A stretch of DNA of 26,624 bases from Clostridia bacterium (GTDB taxonomy: Bacteria; Bacillota; TC1; JBAXCZ01), in contig JBAXCZ010000027.1 of NCBI GenBank assembly GCA_037141195.1, positions 1 to 26,624 on the forward strand. The letters are read 5' to 3'. The notes under the pieces were generated by a model that worked only from the letters and a program-made list of their open reading frames with translations, did no database searches and was not told the DNA's origin. Below are positions 23,167 to 26,624 of this stretch, in pieces; the stretch's first letter is position 1, and the number at the start of each line of letters is the position of its first letter. A program made the position numbers and the translations under genes.

Positions 23167-25197
23167 TTACGCTTTATCCACTACTTTTTTTGCTATATTC
23201 GTCGGCTCTGCCTGTACTTCTTGCTCCATTGTTTTCATGATAGAGGCTTTTATACTCTGCACCCTAGGGTCTTCCGCCTTAGTGCTCTCTTTGAATTCTA
23301 CTCCTAATTTTTCACTGACTAAAAGTCCTAGTAGCATTTCAAAAGCATTAACTGAGCTTCCCATGCCCTGTCCTTGGCCTCCACCCATATTTACTACAGT
23401 CTTTGGTACAATATCTATCTTGGATTTTTCGATTGCTGTGGTAAATTTATTCATCACATCCTGTACAACCTGGTATTGAGGGCCGCCGTAAGCCTTAACC
23501 TGCTCTTCAATAGCAATAGCTTTACCAATACCAACTCTAGCTTCTTTTTCAGCTTCAGCCTCGGCAATTGCCTTGATTTTTGAAGCTTCTTGTAAGGATC
23601 TTTGATACTCGGCCTTACCTTGATTGCTTTGGATTTGAATATTAATATCGGATTCAGTTAAAAATCTTTGTTGTAATGCTTTGGACTCAGCTTCTCTCAG
23701 CTCTTTCTCTTTGCCAGCTGCTTTTTCTTGTTGAGTGTAGGTCTCTATGCGCTCTACCGCAATCTGACGGTCACGAAGCTGGGTCAAGATAATTTCAATT
23801 TTATTATCATTCTCTGAGGCGGAAGGTGTACCAATCAGTACTTCCTCAAGTTCTAGATTGTAATGGTCAAACTTCAGTTTCATTTCTCTCGAGGAGGTAT
23901 CTTGAATCTCACTTCGTTCCTGAATAAGCTGGATTAAGGTTTTTGTCTGTCCAATATTTTTGAAATACGCTGAAACCATTGGATCTAAGGTTTGATCTAC
24001 TAACATTTTCACATCACCAAACCGTTGAATAACTAAAGGTGCTTTTTTATAATCTATGTGCATTACTACTGATAAAGGTAAGGAAGGCTCAAAAGCATCC
24101 TTGGTAATTAGGCTTACTTCTTTCAGATTTTCATCGAATTTGTGGGAACCAGTCTGGTTGCTAATCCACTTAAGAATAATATTGGTGGTAGGAATTCTGA
24201 TTATTTTACCTGCATAGGTATTAAATGCATATTTACCAGGCATTAACGGCTCTCTCCAAACACCTCTTGAACCTTTTTCCACTAGTTCACCATGTTTATA
24301 ATCTGCTCCAGTTGAGTCTACACCTTTAGGTCCTATATAGGATACCACTACTCCTACATATCCTACTTCAATTAGTGATTTATCGATTAATTCTACCGTA
24401 GCAAAAAATCTATTAATAAAATAAGTACCTTCTACCAAGACCTGATACTGCCTGCCTCTAAAGCCGCCAGCTTTTAAAAACTTTTCAGGATCCTGAAAAT
24501 TGTTGTGATAAGTTGTTGGAATTGTTGGATCATCTCCAACTGCAGGGGCAATAATATCATCCCTGTTTAATGAAAGACCATCGTGAACTGTAACTATTCC
24601 AACTCTGTCATCATTGCCTTTGATAACGATTGGCTTAAATCCATCTCTTTCCTTCAGTAGCTCAGCCATTTTCATAATTGTAGCTTCTTCCGAAATAGTA
24701 CCCATCGGTAGGTAATAAATCTTATCCTCTGTGATAATGATAAATTGAGCAAGGTTGAAGGCATAAGTACCTTCACGAATAATTCCTCTTTGTGGACCCT
24801 TTTGACCACCATTTAGTAAAAATCCTCTGGCATTTTGAAAGTTACTACCTTCAGGAATTATTTTGCAAAGAGTTTGGATTGGCTCTAATGGTTCTCCATC
24901 ACGAGCAAAGACGTAAGCTATTTGTCCTTGTGGAACTGTTACTAGGGGACAAATATGCACCTTGTACATCAACGGTGTTAAGAAATGAATACCACCCCTG
25001 ATAATTTGTGGTTGAAAACCGGCCTCACCCTTTAGTGCAATAATCTGTTCATTTAGTGACCCTTTATGTGACCACCATTTTTCCACGATGGCAATCTTGT
25101 TATTAGGAATAATACGAAAACCAATTAACTGAAAGAAAACTATTATCCCGATAAATATTAGAATAAATGGTGTTAATTGTGTTAAAATTGCATTCAT
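23167..25197 (-). CDS. Flotillin-family SPFH/Band-7 domain membrane protein (YqiK/FloT-like), about 676 aa
   Basis: There is an N-terminal transmembrane helix, an SPFH core, and a C-terminal Ala/Glu-rich coiled coil (AIAEAEAEKEARVGIGKAIAIEEQ). The ORF-track start is GTG. I prefer ATG 25197 with the SD GAGGTGG at 5 nt. Confidence 0.85.
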   Translation of the reverse strand: MNAILTQLTPFILIFIGIIVFFQLIGFRIIPNNKIAIVEKWWSHKGSLNEQIIALKGEAGFQPQIIRGGIHFLTPLMYKVHICPLVTVPQGQIAYVFARDGEPLEPIQTLCKIIPEGSNFQNARGFLLNGGQKGPQRGIIREGTYAFNLAQFIIITEDKIYYLPMGTISEEATIMKMAELLKERDGFKPIVIKGNDDRVGIVTVHDGLSLNRDDIIAPAVGDDPTIPTTYHNNFQDPEKFLKAGGFRGRQYQVLVEGTYFINRFFATVELIDKSLIEVGYVGVVVSYIGPKGVDSTGADYKHGELVEKGSRGVWREPLMPGKYAFNTYAGKIIRIPTTNIILKWISNQTGSHKFDENLKEVSLITKDAFEPSLPLSVVMHIDYKKAPLVIQRFGDVKMLVDQTLDPMVSAYFKNIGQTKTLIQLIQERSEIQDTSSREMKLKFDHYNLELEEVLIGTPSASENDNKIEIILTQLRDRQIAVERIETYTQQEKAAGKEKELREAESKALQQRFLTESDINIQIQSNQGKAEYQRSLQEASKIKAIAEAEAEKEARVGIGKAIAIEEQVKAYGGPQYQVVQDVMNKFTTAIEKSKIDIVPKTVVNMGGGQGQGMGSSVNAFEMLLGLLVSEKLGVEFKESTKAEDPRVQSIKASIMKTMEQEVQAEPTNIAKKVVDKA

Positions 25198-25249
25198 TTT
25201 TTCCACCTCATCATATTTTTTAATATTCTCTATTTTGCCAGCTTATTAC

Positions 25250-26437
25250 CTATGCTTTAGCAATTTTCTTGCCAAACTCTATTGCCTCAAGCTGTCTGGC
25301 ACTATCCATATTCCATTGATTTTTGAATCCTTCTGTAATAAGCTCAAAACCAGCAAGTCCTAATAATTCATCCAAGAGCTTTGTTGATTCACCGCTCCAG
25401 CCATAACAACCAAATGATGCTGCCTTTTTACGCTTAAATTTCAACTCTTTTAGCAATTGTATTAGCCCTGCCATACCATGTAGCACTCCACCATTAACTG
25501 TAGGCGAGCCAAGTAAGATTGTTTTAGACTTAAATACTTCTGTAATTAATTCATTTTCATCACTCTTGTTTAGATTATACATTTTAACTACCACTTTTTC
25601 ATCAGCTAAACCGATACCCTCAGCAATACCCTCGGCAATTTTTTTCGTTCCATCCCACATAGTGTCGTAGATAATTGTTATTTGGTTTTCTTGATAATCA
25701 TCTGCCCACTGTGCATACTTCTCCACAATTTGCATCGGATTATCACGCCAAACAACACCATGACTAGTAGCTATGATGTCAATTGTTAAGTTTAATGCCA
25801 AAACTTCGGCTAGTTTTTTTCTTAAGACTTGACTAAACGGGGTAAGAATATTTGCATAATATTTCATGGCTTCTTTCTGCAGCTCGCACTGATCCACTAG
25901 ATCATTAAAGAGCTGATCTGTAGCATAATGTTGCCCAAAAGCATCATTGCTAAACAGGATATTATCCTTTGTCAGGTAGGTTGCCATGGTGTCTGGCCAA
26001 TGCAACATTGGCATTTCTACAAAAACAAGTTCTTTCCCATTACCGACAGCTAGCTTATCTCCTGTTTTAACAACATGAAAATTCCAATCCTGGTGGTATT
26101 GACCCCGTAAAGATTTCACAGCATTGGCAGTGCAGTAAATTGGGGTGTTAGGAATTCTTTTCATCAGAGCAGGTAATGCACCACTGTGGTCTACTTCCCC
26201 ATGATTTGCTACAATATAATCAATTTTTGTGAGCTCTATTTCTTTGGCCAAATTCTCGACAAATTCCTCAGCAAAAGGCATCCAAACACTGTCAATCAAG
26301 ACATTTTTCTCTTCTTGGAGTAAATAGGCATTATAAGTAGAACCCAAATGCGTATTGTATTCAGCTCCATGAATTTGCTGTAGCTCCCAATCAACCTTTC
26401 CAACCCAATAAACATTATTCTTGACCTGTTTTTTCAT
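25250..26437 (-). CDS. Flavodiiron protein (FprA-type: a metallo-beta-lactamase-like diiron domain plus a flavodoxin domain), 395 aa
   Basis: The diiron ligand motif is HGEVDHSG. The C-terminal flavodoxin fold includes TILLGSPTVNGG. The ORF-track start is a TTG extension. I prefer ATG 26437 (MKKQVKNNVYWVGK) with the SD AGGGAG at 7 nt. Confidence 0.9.
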   Translation of the reverse strand: MKKQVKNNVYWVGKVDWELQQIHGAEYNTHLGSTYNAYLLQEEKNVLIDSVWMPFAEEFVENLAKEIELTKIDYIVANHGEVDHSGALPALMKRIPNTPIYCTANAVKSLRGQYHQDWNFHVVKTGDKLAVGNGKELVFVEMPMLHWPDTMATYLTKDNILFSNDAFGQHYATDQLFNDLVDQCELQKEAMKYYANILTPFSQVLRKKLAEVLALNLTIDIIATSHGVVWRDNPMQIVEKYAQWADDYQENQITIIYDTMWDGTKKIAEGIAEGIGLADEKVVVKMYNLNKSDENELITEVFKSKTILLGSPTVNGGVLHGMAGLIQLLKELKFKRKKAASFGCYGWSGESTKLLDELLGLAGFELITEGFKNQWNMDSARQLEAIEFGKKIAKA

Positions 26438-26624
26438 AGCATTACTCCCTTCTAAAACTTTTCCGAAACAGCTCAGGCAATATTCCAAAATAGTATGACA
26501 ATTATTAGAAATATTTGCACTTCAACTTAGCTCTATCTTAGCACATAATTCTAGTTTTTCATGCATTACTTATCTTTCGTTTCATAAAGATGGTGAGCAT
26601 AATCATAATTACAAAGGAAAATAT

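Noticed and set aside
1-26624. CRISPR arrays, IS or transposase genes, integrases, tRNA or rRNA genes
   Set aside because: I found no regularly spaced repeats with unique spacers. No DDE, serine or tyrosine recombinase-like ORFs were seen. No cloverleaf-compatible sequences or rRNA-like conserved blocks were seen.

Overview
The window is 26.6 kb of AT-rich (about 33% GC) DNA that looks like a low-GC Firmicute, probably an anaerobic member of the Clostridia. Evidence for that guess: an S-layer homology (SLH) surface protein, a flavodiiron protein, a VanW-family gene, and GGAGG-type Shine-Dalgarno sequences (SD). I can support 21 protein-coding genes, and all of them are on the minus strand. 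Every plus-strand ORF in the track looks like an antisense artifact. I saw no tRNA or rRNA genes, no CRISPR array and no transposase or IS element.

Gene order on the minus strand, reading from high to low coordinates:
- flavodiiron protein (FDP)
- large flotillin/SPFH-domain protein
- Phd/YefM-like antitoxin with no toxin partner
- YtxH-like protein
- a 36-aa lysine-rich small protein (missing from the ORF track)
- a translationally coupled TetR / DUF2087 / alpha/beta-hydrolase operon
- a second, paralogous 36-aa lysine-rich small protein
- VanW-family protein
- a 1311-aa hybrid histidine kinase with four PAS domains, a GAF domain, HisKA, HATPase, a receiver and an HPt domain
- a receiver-domain (REC) response regulator with an HD-GYP c-di-GMP phosphodiesterase domain
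- a 897-aa paralogous kinase carrying the same PAS-GAF sensor but a LytS-type transmitter (Pfam His_kinase PF06580)
- a response regulator with receiver, winged helix and a truncated BTAD (bacterial transcriptional activation domain) region
- a degenerate pseudo-receiver
- a 1048-aa SLH-anchored surface protein with BspA-like leucine-rich repeats
- a sensor diguanylate cyclase with two periplasmic solute-binding domains, a membrane span, PAS domains and a GGDEF domain
- a MarR / FMN-binding / flavodoxin-like cassette
- the 5' part of a ZnuA/TroA-type metal ABC-transporter lipoprotein

The strongest candidate for a new system is the signalling island spanning about 2.7 to 18.4 kb. A roughly 2 kb sensor module is duplicated at about 85-90% DNA identity and fused to two different kinase classes. 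One branch feeds a phosphorelay to the HD-GYP protein (c-di-GMP turnover). The other feeds a non-canonical transcription factor plus the pseudo-receiver. The adhesin-like SLH protein and the diguanylate cyclase sit beside them.

Other things worth a second look:
- the two paralogous 36-aa lysine-rich proteins with perfect SDs
- a 27-bp direct repeat on both flanks of the MarR/FMN-bind/flavodoxin cassette, and a perfect 20-4-20 palindrome at its promoter
- a perfect 24-bp hairpin and a 17-bp palindrome upstream of the metal transporter gene
- a GC-rich, structured 3' region after the cyclase gene
- the toxin-less antitoxin
- the TetR / DUF2087 / esterase operon

Several ORF-track starts are TTG or GTG longest-ORF extensions. 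I re-trimmed them to starts that have an SD.
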